Positions 22,713 through 36,362 are shown, numbered from the whole stretch's first letter. The stretch is 63,914 nt of DNA, filler included, from Cystobasidiomycetes sp. EMM_F5 (GCA_051047955.1; 25 parts of 25 records of this genome joined end to end with filler, not necessarily neighbours in it), one strand, 5' to 3'. Program-made: numbers and translations. The notes: generated from the letters alone by a model not told the origin.

Positions 22713-23498
22713 ATGGACGTCGAAAGTCAGCCACCTCGAAAGCGGGCAAGGGTCAAAGATACCACGGATGACACTATCTCATGCGCAGAATGCCGGCAGA
22801 GAAAGGTTAGCAACCCATTGCACTTGCGTCCATTGTCTCTGCCAAGTACAGTCACTGACTACACACTTCAGACGAGATGCGACAGGGCCGTACCCTGCGG
22901 TGCATGCGTGCGGCGAGGCTTAGGCGACTCGTGTACGCCAGAAGTTCGCAAACCAAATCCTCCAGGTCTGCGCGAAGTCGCGAGACACATCCATCACATG
23001 CAAGATCGGCTAGACGACATCGTAGCCTTCCTCACTGACCGCTTGGGGTACACGGGCAGTTGTTTTGAATTGGAACACGCCGAGCCTCTGGAGAACCCGT
23101 CCACACTGATGGCGCGACCGCCTGGTGCATCGCTCGGACCTGAAGCTGTACGCACCGCAAGCGAAATTGCCGCATTACTTCAAGGAACTTCGAGAGGCAC
23201 CGACCTAGACATTCTAGCAGACTCTGCTGCAGTTTCGTCCGCGTCCTCGAGTCCTCAGCAGTCCGAGAATCTGAGAATTTTGTCAGAAAGCACGCAACCC
23301 TCGTTTAGTACACTGGAAACGTATCCCTTCCCTTCCATCCTGTCACGAACGACAAGGAGTTCCTGGCAAAGAGTTACACTAAGCTCTATTCTGGCGTCGC
23401 TACCTGCGACAGACGATTTACGGTACTTGTCACAGCTCTACTTTCGGATGATCGGATGGCAAGTGCATGCAGTATTGCAAAGACAGGTCGCAGCAGAA
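22713..23498 (+). CDS. Zn(II)2Cys6 fungal transcription factor (5' part)
   Basis: CAECRQRK|TRCDRAVPCGACVRRGLGDSC with an in-frame GT-AG intron inside the cluster. Confidence 0.9.
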
Positions 23499-23598
23499 NN
23501 NNNNNNNNNNNNNNNNNNNNNNNNNNNNNNNNNNNNNNNNNNTTAATTAATTAANNNNNNNNNNNNNNNNNNNNNNNNNNNNNNNNNNNNNNNNNNNN

Positions 23599-23928
23599 GC
23601 GTACTGCCCAGGATGCCTTCGAGCTTCACACGCGTGTTCGTACAATTCCAGCAAGTCTACGGAGCACGAACCATTCTACGACCATGACCGCTGCGAAGCC
23701 ATCCCCGTTGGTACGGTAGTGCGTCTCGAGATTGGCTTGTGGCCCTGGGGAGCAGTCTTTGCGTCTGGAGAGGGACTCCTGCTTCGCGTCAGCGGGCACA
23801 ACATGGCACACCCAGACGTCGAGCTCATCCGACCGAAAGCTCCAGAGATTGCCAACAAGGGCTACCATTTTGTCCACACGGGTCCCAAATATCCTTCCGC
23901 TCTGACGATCCCAGTCATTAGCGAGTAA
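23599..23928 (+). CDS. CocE/NonD family hydrolase C-terminal domain
   Basis: GCLRASH...EPFYDHD...LEIGLWPWGAVFASGEGLLLRVSGH...NKGYHFVHTGPKYPSALTIP. Confidence 0.82.
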   Translation, partial: AYCPGCLRASHACSYNSSKSTEHEPFYDHDRCEAIPVGTVVRLEIGLWPWGAVFASGEGLLLRVSGHNMAHPDVELIRPKAPEIANKGYHFVHTGPKYPSALTIPVISE

Positions 23929-24721
23929 CCATTGCCTAAGCGGCGAGCCAAATGTGTACGGAATTGAAGATCGTGGGCGCCTGCAGTCAGCAGCTTGACT
24001 CTGCGTTGTCGACCGCTTAGACGAGATTGATATGAGATTTCTGCTGTTTGCCGTTATGATTGCATCTTGGCATTTCCCCAGGCTCAGCCTTGTACAACCT
24101 GTGCAGGACCATGGGCGGCTCGCAGTTGACGCAGCTCAAGTCTACTCTCGACGGCGCTCGGCTGTCTTGGAGCCCGCAGTCCAAACTTGAAGGAAAGAAA
24201 GAAAGGCCGCCTTGTACAGTCAAGGAGCTTACTCGAATGAAGCGATGACACACCAGAAGTCGCGCTCAACGACAGCTACCTACGCTGTTGCATTTCAGAT
24301 CTACTGAGATACCGTCTATATCCAAGGCTCCTTCACGCGGTGCAAAGTCGCAATTACTGACAGCATCGCTGCAGCCGTGCGCATCATACGACTTGCAAGT
24401 ACAACAGCCCGCTCAGCGCAAAGTGGTAACGTCTGTATCCACAAACCGATAATAATTTGGCAAGCTCTTCCTCTTTACGACTTCCGCCTCTTCCCTTGTC
24501 TGCAGCACAAAATCCCAATGAGAATACCAGAATGGACCTCGTTTGAATCCTAATGCTTGAGCTTCAGAATCGTCATGGTTGACCATAATTGGACAGATGA
24601 GCGAAGTTTTCGCGCCGAAGANNNNNNNNNNNNNNNNNNNNNNNNNNNNNNNNNNNNNNNNNNNNTTAATTAATTAANNNNNNNNNNNNNNNNNNNNNNN
24701 NNNNNNNNNNNNNNNNNNNNN

Positions 24722-25744
24722 CCTTCAGAGTCGTATGCATTGGCGCCGGCTTGAGCGGAATCTAGTGAGTCTCCTGCCAGCTGCGCGTCGACCTTCCATA
24801 TACCGCACACTAACAACGCCTTGTTTACAGCTTGGGCATCAAGCTGCCAGTTGCAACAGAGAATGTGGATCTGTGCATCTATGAGAAGAATCCAGACGTA
24901 GGCGGGACTTGGTTTGAAAACCGTTATCCAGGTATGCGCATAGATGTAGCCCGACTAATATTCGCTAAATTATGACGCACACATCGCTCTCAGGCGCTGC
25001 TTGCGATGTACCAGCACACCGATACTGCTACACATTTGAACCGAATCCACATTGGAGCAGCTTGTGCGCTGTAAAACTCGATACCGTTGCGATATTTTTG
25101 ACTGATAAGGCATCCACATTCTCAGCTATGCACCTGCTGCGGAGATTCAGCAATATTTCGCAGGAGTGGCCCGCAAGTATGATGTTACGAAGTACATCCG
25201 TTTAGAACATTTGGTCACGGAAGCGAAATGGAACGAAGTAAGGTTGAACACTCACACCGGAGGGCTGCGCTAAACAGCTGATCGGTCACAGGAGCGAGGC
25301 AAGTGGATTCTCAAGGTGAAGAACGCAGCTGGGGTCGTTTTCGAAGACGAGTGCGATATGTTGATCAACGGCATGGGCGTTCTCAAGTGAGTTTATGTCG
25401 CATCGAGCGTAGCTGAGTACAATATCTGATATCCACTATCGGCACCATTCAGCAAGTGGAAGTGGCCCTCGATCCTTGGTCTACAGGACTTCAAGGGCAC
25501 TCTCCTCCACAGCGCCAATTACGATACTTCCGTAGACTTGACTGACAAGACCGTAGCAGTCATCGGGTCTGGCTCGTCTGGCATTCAAATTGTGCCATCT
25601 ATTCGTGCCAAAGTGAAGCATGTGGGCGCATATCTGCGCTCCAGCACCTGGATCGTGCCGCCCTTTGGATCGCAGTATATCAAAAAGGACGAGAACGGGG
25701 AGCCGGTGTATGAGTATTCAGAGCAAGAGCGGGCAGACTTTGCA
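24722..25744 (+). CDS. flavin-containing / Baeyer-Villiger monooxygenase (partial)
   Basis: VVCIGAGLSGI, YEKNPDVGGTWFENRYPG, FKGTLLHSANYD, VAVIGSGSSGIQ. Confidence 0.92.
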
Positions 25745-25844
25745 NNNNNNNNNNNNNNNNNNNNNNNNNNNNNNNNNNNNNNNNNNNNTTAATTAATTAA
25801 NNNNNNNNNNNNNNNNNNNNNNNNNNNNNNNNNNNNNNNNNNNN

Positions 25845-26619
25845 CGTATAGCAGCCAAATGCTCTGCTTTTTCGGCACCTAAGAGGCTTATCAATCTGTT
25901 CAAGCCTGCTATGCCTAGCATACGTCCGTCTCCATGCAGATCAAGTGTTTCCGCTGTACTGTCGATGACTGGCTCCGGCCATTGTGTACTAGGCAAACCT
26001 GAAAACAGGGTCGTCCAGTCGACAGCCGGCGGTGGATCATCGTCCTTCAAAAACTGCAGAAACTCGAACGGATCCCTCTCGAAAGCTATAGCATCGGCAT
26101 CGTTCAAGTTGACCCACTGATCCATATGGTTGACAAGGTTGTGACTATCCGGCTCGTTGTCTCTGGCTTCCTCGGCATGACGGCCCTTGTGTCGTTCCAA
26201 AAGATCTTTCCGGGCGAAGCGTTGTCCACACACGGTGCACGTCTCTGGCGGTTCGCCATCTGTTGCATAATCCCAACATGATGTTTGTATCGGAGCCGGT
26301 CACGGGTTATGCATGATTGTGTCAGTGCCGGCATCAGCGAGCAAGCACAACCGTCAGCATTCATCCAGTCGCACGGATTACTTCTACTTCGCAGATAGGA
26401 ATTTCCCTCACGATTGCGTTGGTGACGCTTTAGATCTAGCGGGGAGAGGTCATTAACCGTCGGTATTGTCCTTCAACACATCCACGACTACTACAGCGAT
26501 GGTAACATGTCGTACTCACGATCAAGACGCCAGTATGAACGATTACAGCCTGGAAAGTCACACTCGACTCGCTGCCGGCGATGCTTGCTTTTGTCTGGTC
26601 CGATGCTAGTTTCCGCCAT
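25845..26619 (-). CDS. C2H2 zinc-finger transcription factor (5' part)
   Basis: CDFPGCNRSYWRLD and CTVCGQRFARKDLLERHKGRH on separate exons. Confidence 0.82.
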
Positions 26620-26950
26620 TCTGTATGGGTAGTCCTTCGTACGCTGTAACGGGGAATAGGCGTGTCGAGACGCGATATCGGATAGCAATCATGCATTCAT
26701 GTGCGCAAACATGATGATGAGATTCGAGAAGGAGACCCTGGACGCTTGTAGACTCCATCACCAAGTCTTTGAGAGGTGCAGGATCTGCAGCAACGGCCTA
26801 ACAGGGCGCTCGTAATATCAAAATATCAGGAAGCTTGCTCTTCATTCCGTNNNNNNNNNNNNNNNNNNNNNNNNNNNNNNNNNNNNNNNNNNNNTTAATT
26901 AATTAANNNNNNNNNNNNNNNNNNNNNNNNNNNNNNNNNNNNNNNNNNNN

Positions 26951-27418
26951 ATGCGGCGTTGATGTAGAGAAACTGGGATGTTGACATGTATATAAGCACT
27001 TAACAATCCCCATTCAAACCAACTCACCAAGCTGTCCTGAGGCTGCCAACCGAGTTCCTTCCTCAGAAACGCAATCACCGCCTGGAACTTGTTGCTTGCA
27101 GTGATTTTGCGGTACTTTTGCTTGAGGACGGGTGCGCTGCCTGTGGGCTGAAACAGGATAACGACTGGAGATATGGTGGGAAGGACAGAACGTGGAAGGG
27201 AGTCCTCAAGTCAGCCATTATCATTACAAACTCAACACGGCATCAGCACCTTTGGTCGCAGCATCCTGAGCTCGGGAAGCGTCAATGGCAGCAGCAACCT
27301 CTGAAGGCAGCGATGATATTAAAGAGGTTCCAGCGACAGCCAGGCTCGAAAAGGCAGACAGGGCTGCAGCGATGGGAGGGGATGCAACGCCGTCCGGCAC
27401 TGAAGGCAGACTGGTCAT
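26951..27418 (-). CDS. ATG12: autophagy ubiquitin-like protein Atg12 (3' truncated)
   Basis: Spliced product ...TKV|VILFQPTGSAPVLKQKYRKITASNKFQAVIAFLRKELGWQPQDSL|FLYINAA; not captured by the ORF track. Confidence 0.88.
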
Positions 27419-28054
27419 GGCATCGGAGAGACTGATGCAGGAATCCGATGTCGAGCTGGATTGCGGATGGTGTAGCAGCAGAAGGTCCAGCAACAACAGT
27501 GCAAGACTTTCGTGGAAGTCAACGAGCAACGCTGCGATACGCGAGACCGTTCCCTGGCCGTTACCTGGCTGACGTTGCAGCACTCGAACACTGGTAGCCC
27601 GCCCGGAATGACCATGGCTCACTGCTGATGGACTGATGTGTACGACTGAAGCTTCCCACTCCAGCTGTCTACACTCGACTTTGTCTGCAGTCATTCCGAG
27701 TCACCTTTGATTGCATTTTGAAAGCTGCAAGCATCTGCATGCTTCCTCCACCTATGCACATTGACGCATCATTGTCAAACATATTCCAGCCAAATTCGAT
27801 AAAGAAAGCCTGGCAATTCTGCCCGAAGTGATTAAGGAGCAGATAGTAGACGTTTGCAGACAATTACTGCCGCGAATTTCGAGGCTCTGCAGATTTCTGA
27901 AAGCCAATTCTGAGGGCCATTAGACTAGATCTTTGCAGTGCAGCACCAGTTCCCNNNNNNNNNNNNNNNNNNNNNNNNNNNNNNNNNNNNNNNNNNNNTT
28001 AATTAATTAANNNNNNNNNNNNNNNNNNNNNNNNNNNNNNNNNNNNNNNNNNNN

Positions 28055-28228
28055 TTACGCGCGAGTGTGGAAAGAAGAGAAGAGAGAGGCAGCCCAAAAT
28101 TTCAGCGCGATTTTATAGCCTGGGAGCTGAGTAAGCCATTCATGCAAACAGCCAGAACGGGAAACAGAGTTGCATGACAGGAGGTCAGCGAGGGGTATCA
28201 GGGATGTCAGGAGAATTTGTTGAGTTGG
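28055..28228 (-). repeat. left copy of contig-terminal inverted repeat; TATA promoter-like, facing out of the contig
   Basis: Reverse complement of 58156-58321 (11 mismatches in the first 149 ungapped nt); TATAAAA at 28111-28117 (minus strand) followed by a CT-rich tract. Confidence 0.9.
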
Positions 28229-28864
28229 ATTTGCAAAAATCAGGACTTGATTTCAAGGGTACCGTCCGACTGCCGCACTCTGACCAGATGTACCGACATA
28301 CCGTGCTATGCCTTCGCACCTCCTGAAGTCAGCGGGGAGATGAGCCGTTCGTCTGGACCGGTCGACCCATCCGAACGAAACGGCGCAGATACCGCAGTAC
28401 AACCATAAACACTCAATCACCTCACCTTGACCTCCGATAGTCTAAGCATGCCGGTCGCTTGTCATTTGAGGCTTTTTGACACCAGCTCCTGAACGTGTCC
28501 TGGGTCAACTGGAACAAGGGCGCTTTCGGAGCGTCAGCATTGAAGAAGATCAGTGGAATCAGTGAAGTTGGTACTTATACTTCTTTCAACGAGCGAAACA
28601 TCTACAGAGGCAATCGGCTGACTGTGCGCTGTCAAAGAGTTGAAGCGTGGATGAATCCCGTTGCCACTGGGTAGCAACTACAGCCAGAGCCAGTCGGGAT
28701 GCGGATTTCTCATTCTGCTACAGACTTCTGTAGGGCTACACGTAGATTGGATCTATACAGCATAGTTGCTCTCGCATCTGTCGGTGGGAATGGTCAGGCA
28801 CAGACACGGTAAAGTCAACGTCAGAAGAGCAAGCTCACCTCTCTATATTAGAGTTGTCTACCGA

Positions 28865-29153
28865 CTACTTGAAGGCGTGTACGATACTGTTTGCAGCATC
28901 GGCACCAAGCGTCGCTCCAAAGCCAAACTGTGCTGCTTTGGCGATCCCACCGCCGATCTGCTTGCCGTAGTGGTGAGACTCTGCCGATATACAGTCAGTG
29001 TTGTGAAAGTGTCAGCAGGGTAGCTCGCGACTGCTCACCGTGGTGTTGTTCGGGTGCGGGTTGCGGGGCTGGTTGAGCGTGCTGCTGCTCGCCTTCTTTG
29101 GCAGACTGCTCTACGTTTTGGACTTGCTCTTTCTTCTCGTGATGGTGGAACAT
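28865..29153 (-). CDS. small 76-aa two-exon protein with Lsb1/Pin3-like C-terminal Gly-rich motif
   Basis: Exons 29153-29039 and 28980-28865 with a GTGAG..CTGAC..CAG intron; MFHHHEKKEQ...YGKQIGGGIAKAAQFGFGATLGADAANSIVHAFK. Confidence 0.75.
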
Positions 29154-29421
29154 GGTGTGTGCTTGTTTTCAAAAGATTGTAGCAAGTTGTGTCGTTGTTA
29201 TGATGTCTTTGTCGGAGGAAGTAGAGCAAGCTGAGGGAGTCAGTAATCTATCCCTGGCATCATTATTAGCCAGCTTGCGTCACATCTTTGCCATCCATTA
29301 GACTTGAATTAGTCTGCGCTTTGAATAGCTGCGAGTGCAGAGTTTTCGCGGAGCATTAATGGGGATCAGTGGCCTTCAGCGCGTCATAGGTTGTCAAATC
29401 AGCAATACTTTTGACTGAAAC

Positions 29422-31889
29422 ATGGCTTCAGCTGAGCGCGCCTCGAGCAGCAATGGCGTGGAATACTACATCGGCGTCGACGTGTGCGTCGCAGTAATGT
29501 CTGGAATACTAATCTTGATATTGACGTTGATGTATTGATATATCGATATTCTTGATATTGACGGCAGCGGCACTGGCTCAGCGAGAGCGGCGCTCGTAGA
29601 TGGCAAGGGCGAGATACTGGCAGAGTCTACGTATGCGACGTCGACGCGCAGAGACGACAAGAACCACGATATATTCGAGCAGAGCACCACTCAAAGTGAG
29701 TGAGGCCAGTGATGGACAGCGAGAAGGGCTGACAATTACAATCCAGTATGGGGATGTATATCCAAGGCGTGCAAGGACGTCGTCAGAGACGCCAAAGTCG
29801 ACAAGGACCACGTCAAGGGTATCGGATTTGATGGTTGGGATTGTGAATGAACGAGTGTTGGTCACATCTGACAATATCGGATACGCAGCGACGTGCTCAC
29901 TCGCCGTGACGACAAGAGATGGAACACCCATGTCGGTCAGTCCTGGCGCTTGGGGCGCCGGCGAAGGCAAAAACGACATCATTCTCTGGGCGGACCACCG
30001 TGCCCACAAGGAAGCGGCAGAGATCAACGCGACTGGCAACATGGTCCTCAAATACGTTGGAGAGACAATGTCACTTGAGATGTGAGCAATCCATATATCC
30101 GACAAGTCAGCCTTCCTGATTCCACAACATCACAGGGAGCTACCCAAAATTCTATGGTTGAAGCGACATATGCCTCCTGAACTCTTCTCGTACGTCATTT
30201 CATGTAGCTTCAATATGTGTGCGACTGACCGTTCCATGCAACGTCAGACAATGCATGTTTTTCGACCTCCCGGATTACCTTACCTATCGCGCCACAGCAG
30301 ACCTCGCACGGTCAAACTGTTCGCTTGCGTGCAAATGCTCATACGTTCCTCCAGAGATTGAAGGAAGTAGTGGCTGGAATGCCGAGCTGTTTGAGCAGAT
30401 CGGATTGGCAGACCTGGTCAGTTATCTCAATGGCTACGTTGCCGGAATGCGGTTGGGCAGGCTTGCGGATCACATGGCGCGTTCCGTGAGCCCTGGCGGA
30501 GCGTTTGCCGAGCGATTTATATGCTTATGCACAAATGCTGATTCCTCTACATCTCCTCTGTTCATGTAACCCATCCCACCCCGTATGCAATTCATGATAC
30601 AGGCAAAAGATGGCTTTGAGCAATTGGGCGGACAGCCAGGCAAGAGCGGCCTTATTCTTACAGCTGGACAGCCCGTCGGAAAGGGCTTGTCTGAACAGGC
30701 GGCCAAAGAGCTCGGTCTGAATCCCGGCACGGCAGTGGGTTCAGCCATCATTGATGCATATGCCGGCTGGGTCGGCACGGTCGCAGCACCTATGCCAGAT
30801 CTAGGGTCAGACAAGGTCGATCTGTTGGAGTCACGACATAGATTGGCTGCTATAGCAGGGACAAGCACATGTCATATCGTCCAGAGTCCAGAATCGGTTT
30901 TCGTACCTGGTGTATGGGGACCATATCTGCATGCCATTTTCCCGGGCTGTAAGTATTGCTGCTTACATGCGGACGATACGCCTTGTACTGATCGTCCATC
31001 ATCGCAGACTGGATGAATGAGGGTGGCCAATCTTCGACAGGTCAATTGCTGGATTTCATGCTCGAAACGCACGTCGCTTGGCCCAAACTGCTCGAACAAG
31101 CCAAAGCAAAGAACACAAACCACTTTGTGTTACTCGGCGAGCTGCTGGAAGAGCTGATGAAGGACGAACAAGCGCCCTTCCTCACCTACCTGACGCGCAA
31201 TTTACACATATACCCGGACCTACATGGGAACAGATCGCCTTTGGCCGATCCGAAGATGCGAGGTGCCATTGTCGGCCTGCAGCTGGATAAGGGTGTAAAG
31301 GATATTGCTCTGCGGTACCTAGCAACGTGCGAGGCTATCGCTATGCAAACAAAACAGTATGTTGGCGTCATAAGCGCCGCAAACGTTACTGACAGATCGT
31401 TCGCCAGTATTATCGATGACATGAATAGTCGTGGTCACGAGATAAAATACTTATTTATGAGCGGTACGTCAACTTGTAGCACGACAGCATCCAAGAATAA
31501 GACTGAAGTCCACCATCGTATCTCCAGGCGGTCTCGTTAAGAATAAGGTTCTAATGCAGCTCTTGGCCGATATCTGCCAAATCCCCATCCAGCTCCCGTT
31601 CTCGCACTCCGCCTCTGTAGTTTTAGGGTCTGCTATGCTCGGTGCTATCGCTGCCTCTGAGGCAAAGAAAGGACCCATAACTTCACAAGAAGAAGCAGGC
31701 AGCAGGGGCCGCGAGATGGCACCTGAATTGTGGAGCACAATGGAACGCATGTCTCGACCTGGCACGACGGTGTTGCCCAAAGCTGGAGAAAAAGAGAAGC
31801 GGCTGCTGGAAGTCAAGTATAGAGCCTTCCATGCAATGATCAAACAGCAACAGCAATTCCGCAAAGAAGTAGACGAAGCGTTGGCCTAA
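29422..31889 (+). CDS. FGGY-family pentulose/D-ribulose kinase
   Basis: YYIGVDV-G-TGSARA, DIILWADHRA, IIDAYAGWVGT, AGTSTCH, GVWGPY, EGGQSSTGQLLD, YPDLHGNRSPLADP; multiple introns. Confidence 0.93.
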
Positions 31890-32010
31890 TCTTTCTGCAT
31901 ATAGGTGAACCAGTCTGTATATGCTGTTTGCCCGAAGTGATCATTCGCAATCTCGATGCTTGATGTTACATGCTATACTAACAATAACGTGCGTCGTGCC
32001 TCTGCCACGT

Positions 32011-34375
32011 TCACCTTTGCCAGTCCTGCTGACGCCGGTATCCTTGCTCGTGTTCAAGCTGATATTTACTTTGTGCGTTTGTAGCGTTTGAGCGCACTTC
32101 CTCCAATGCATGCTGATCTTCGTCTCCTTCGTCCACGTTCGCTAACCGTCCTGGTCCGCCGTCGTTCGGGCCTCCTAGATTCGCAAACATGCTTTGGCGA
32201 GAGTACTCGTCCAGATCGAATGCTCCTGTGTGGGAGTCGGCCATACTAATGCGATCCCTGGATGGATCGTCTCCAAAATACATAGTGCTGACGTCCGATC
32301 GCCCAGCTACGCTAACGCCGCGCAATTGCGCGTCTGTATCAGACATTTGCCTAGGCCTTGCTTGCGGTAAATTGCTAGCTTGACCTGCCTGTCCGCGAGA
32401 CAGACTTTGCGCTGGGGAAAGGACCGTAGGGGATTGTACAAAGTTGTGAGCGGGTAACACATAACTCTGCTGATCCTGCACAGAGTCTTGCCGTGACAAT
32501 TGCCTTTGATTGGCATGTTGCTGATGTGGAATTTGCGGAAGGTATGGCGCTGTCGCGGCATACATTTGCATTTGAGGATGATCCGTGTGCCCTTGTCGCA
32601 CATCTTGTTCGAAGGCTGCCTGCTTTTCCTGCATATTCGGTGAAAAGCCACTCGTGTGGGCGTACCCTGTATAAATGTCCTGCTGGCCGCCGTAGGCATC
32701 ATCAGGCGCGTAGCCTGCGTGTGGATCGTCGTCTTCGCGAGTACGATATGAGGGCGCTTTCGTCAGCGAGACATCACTCGCATTCGGTCCGCCTATATCA
32801 GAAAGCGCATCTCGACTGCCTTTGCGTGAGTGAGGATAGAAGCCTCGTTGTTGACCATGCGGATCATAGCCGTAGGGATAGTGAGCACCACCCATATACT
32901 GCTGAGGATGGAGCAGAGGATCCCTCGATACTATGCTAGCTTTATCATCGTTATAGGCCGATATCGAAGCGAATGAGTCGTTGCCCATATTCATCCCGAC
33001 GCCAGTCATATCTCCACCAGGTCCATGATGTTGCTGGTACTGTGCGTAATGCGCTTGCATAGCAGGATCGGCGTAGCCTGCAGAACCGAATGGCATATCC
33101 GGCATGGAAGGGACGGGCGGATAGACGTTATACGCGTCGTTCTGGTACGCATAGTTGCCTCCGGCTGGTCCATCTCTACCTGTACCGCGTCTCTGCGAAC
33201 CGTAGCGAGATGCGCCGCCAGAGACTTCACTCTTCGTATCGCCATACAGCTCGTCGTCTGCCAGACTGATTGTCGGTAGTGTAGGCTGAGGTAATGGCGC
33301 GTGTCCTTCTCTGAATCGCCCTCTCTTGTCTTGCAAATGCCGAAAGTCTCCTGCCGCTTCCCGCTTTGCAAGTTCTGCTTCCCTTGCCAATCGCTTCTTT
33401 GTCTTTCGCTTCATCAGTTCAGCAATCCTATGAGAATGGCTTAGCTTGCATGCGGCACTCTCGTGTGTATCACTCACCGCTTATCAATTTTGTGACAGCA
33501 GTACTCCTTCAGATTACCTTGAATATAGCATAGCAGCGGAATGTACATGACGGCGGCAATGGCCAGAAGAATGGCCGAACCGCACCAGATGACGACTGTA
33601 AAAATCATTGTGCACAAGACACCTGCACGAATGAATGAGAAATGACCTTGATCGTCATTGTAGTACTTGGACAGATCTGTTGTAAAGTTGAAGGCCTTTC
33701 CAAATGAATATAGCGTGAGGCCGTTAATGACCTGGCGTGGTGCATCGGCGAGCAACAAGCGTTTCCATCCTGGAGAATGGACATGTCAGCGCCAATCAAT
33801 GGATTCAAAGGCAATCGTGCCACCTTTGAAGGTAAAGAAGACAAAGAAAGCAAACTCGTCCTTCTTCTTTTTCGAATTGTTTATTTGGGAAAAGAAGCAA
33901 AAATGGTCGTACGACTTGAGGGTGTAATAGTTGTTTGCCATGAGGTTTGTGAAGGCGTAGGATATGTCCCTTGATCGAATAATCATTCTCGCTTTGCGCG
34001 ACTCCCAAGCGAGCAAGAGGAAGGAGAAGATGATGCAGCCAAAGAATATCCATTTGCCGATAGTGAAGGGAACTTTGATGGTCGATGAATTGCCAGATTC
34101 GGAGAGGATGTTTGCAGACCAGTAGTTGTTTGCCAACATGGCAATAGCCGTGTAGACGTCGGAAACGTAGACGAGGACAGACTTGATGACAAAGACATAG
34201 ACGAGGGCGTATCTGCCAAAGTACAATCAGCGGTTTCTCTCTACATGAGCAGGATGAACGTAGCCTACTGCAGGCGGGTCCAGAAGCTGGTCGTGCGGTA
34301 CTCGTGTACGTCTACAAAGTCGAATTTATGATCCTGCACGACCTCGCGCTTCCATTTTGCGCCCGAGCAGCACAT
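32011..34375 (-). CDS. Kch1/Prm6-like fungal K+ transporter / vacuolar membrane protein with long disordered C-tail
   Basis: MCCSGAKWKREVVQDHKFDFVD, KSVLVYVSDVYTA, ISYAFTN, WKRLLADAPRQVINGLTL, GNLKEYCCHKIDKR. Confidence 0.88.
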
Positions 34376-35006
34376 GGTCGTTTGGAGTGAAGCAGTCTGT
34401 TATGAAACGTGCCGTAACTAGCGAGTATTGTCGATTCAAACAGTCGCCTGCTGCCCGCAGTCGTCAAGCGAGGCAGGTCGTGTCAAGCCAGCCAATTACT
34501 GCGACAGAGGCGGGTAGTGAGATATCGAGGTCTTAACTAGGTAGTGTGCATGTGAGCAGCGTGTTTGAGGTTGTTTGAGCTGTGAATGGCTCTGAGCGCG
34601 TCTAAGCTTCAAGGACGGCTCTCGAGGCCAAATGAGCGGATATCGGGCTAATTCGAGTGAGCTGGATGTGATTATCCTGCTCTCTGATGCTCTGAACGAG
34701 CTGTGCGTGTCGTAGTGACTGTGGGTTGTCTGGGTTGTCGATATTTTAGCTGCAGTCCCGGACGTGGAGCGTGCGTTAAAGGGAGTAATCGATATGGCGC
34801 TGCTGACCCCCGTTCCAGCGAGGGCTGCACAGTCTCAGGGTGTCTTATGTTTTATTGGATTGCTCGTCCTTGTTCAGAGTTGCAGGTTGGCGTGTTGGAC
34901 CGAGTTATCTTTTAGATATGCTCAGATGTATACACGGCGATCAGTCGCAAAACACAAAAGAAGAGCAAAAGATTGACGCGTAGATTGCATGGAAATCCTA
35001 TGCAAG

Positions 35007-36362
35007 CTATAGCGATGATTGCTGTGCACGACGAGGGATGCGCCGACAGCGCGCTCCCAGCTGAAAGCCTCCGTCTTCCTGACAAGCTCTCCCGACTTGA
35101 GCCCGTCTAACTTGATGCAGCATCTTGCCCTTCTCCTTCTCGGTTCCGCGAGGAGCTTCCTCTGCGCTTTCCGAAAGGCTCCACTGTAGCGCTTCTGCCA
35201 CGTCTTGCATCATCATACGGCGCATTTCGCTGCCGAAGCGTCCGTCTTCGTCTCCGCTTCTTCATCTACGTATGTCTCCAACTTCACATCCAACCAACTC
35301 GTCCCCACAAAGTTCAGGTGCAGATGGGCTCTGTGGTTTCAAGTCTCAGCTCTAGCAGCGCATCGTACCGCTGCACGGGATAGGCAGCAGAAAGTCTCGC
35401 TCACTCGGAATCCGAAACAAGCCCTTTGCAAACGAGGTTCAGGCTGAGAGAAACCGGTCAGTGAATGTTGCAGCCACGCGCCACATTCTCCAAGACTTCA
35501 AGCTTTGGTATCGATCCTGCCGCTGACACTTACTCGTAAGGGTCGGCCTCCAGTACATCAAGAACGCATAATCCCTGAATATTATGCGCATACCCGAGCG
35601 GAATGCCTTCGTCCTCGTCCTCGTCCTCGTCCTCGTTGTCCTCCACTTCCTCCTCCTCGCCGTCTGAGGGGTAGTTGGCCTGGTGCGAAGCTCGCAATAG
35701 CTTTCTCTCTGCTTTTTCATCATCGAGCCAATCTTGGTCTTCTTTGCGAAATGGCCGTGCCCAACATATTTCATGTGTGATACGTGGCCTGCACGCCAGT
35801 CGAAAAGTCAGGTTTGGTCTCAGCAGGATCGAGAGCGGCTTCTCATCGCTACTCGACAACCCTGATCCTGCGATCTTCCAGGCACGGCATTACGAGTGTA
35901 TGTCTGACACTGCTCCGCGTTGTGTTATTACATACGCCGCTGTGTCGCATGGTCTCCATGGTTCGTAGATGGCTAGTGGAGTTGGAGCAGGACAATCAGA
36001 TGTCAAAGCCTCTGGCTTGTCGAGCAAAGTTTCTTACAATCTGCAGTAGTCAGGTCTTTTATCTTTGGCATGCCTTCGACTGGTTCAGGGTAGATACATG
36101 TCTTTGCGTCTGTGACTACGATGGTTGCAATTCGCTGCCAGGTGTCGACGCTACTGTTGATTGGCATGCCAAAGCCAGTTGAAATGCACGCAGCCTTCCA
36201 GAATTCTGCATCGTACATCTTTCGTGTCGCTGTGCAGGTCTGCGCGAGATGGACATGGCTCGCCAAATCGTGGAGGTCTTTGCGGACGGCGATGAGGATT
36301 TCCAGAGGGAGGCTGGCGAGGGATGCGTGTGAATTAGTGTGTTTCATCCTGGCTTCAATCAT
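35007..36362 (-). CDS. F-box-like protein, paralog A (3' end approximate)
   Basis: SLASLPLEILIAVRKDL..HVHLAQTC..FWKAACISTGFGMP; downstream exon PNLTFRLACRP...NIQGLCVLDVL. Confidence 0.7.

Noticed and set aside
2697..26850. Apparent aromatic/xenobiotic catabolic cluster (P450, FAD monooxygenase, CMD, CocE, BVMO, Zn2Cys6, transporter)
   Set aside because: Each gene is on a separate size-sorted contig, so adjacency is an artefact of concatenation.
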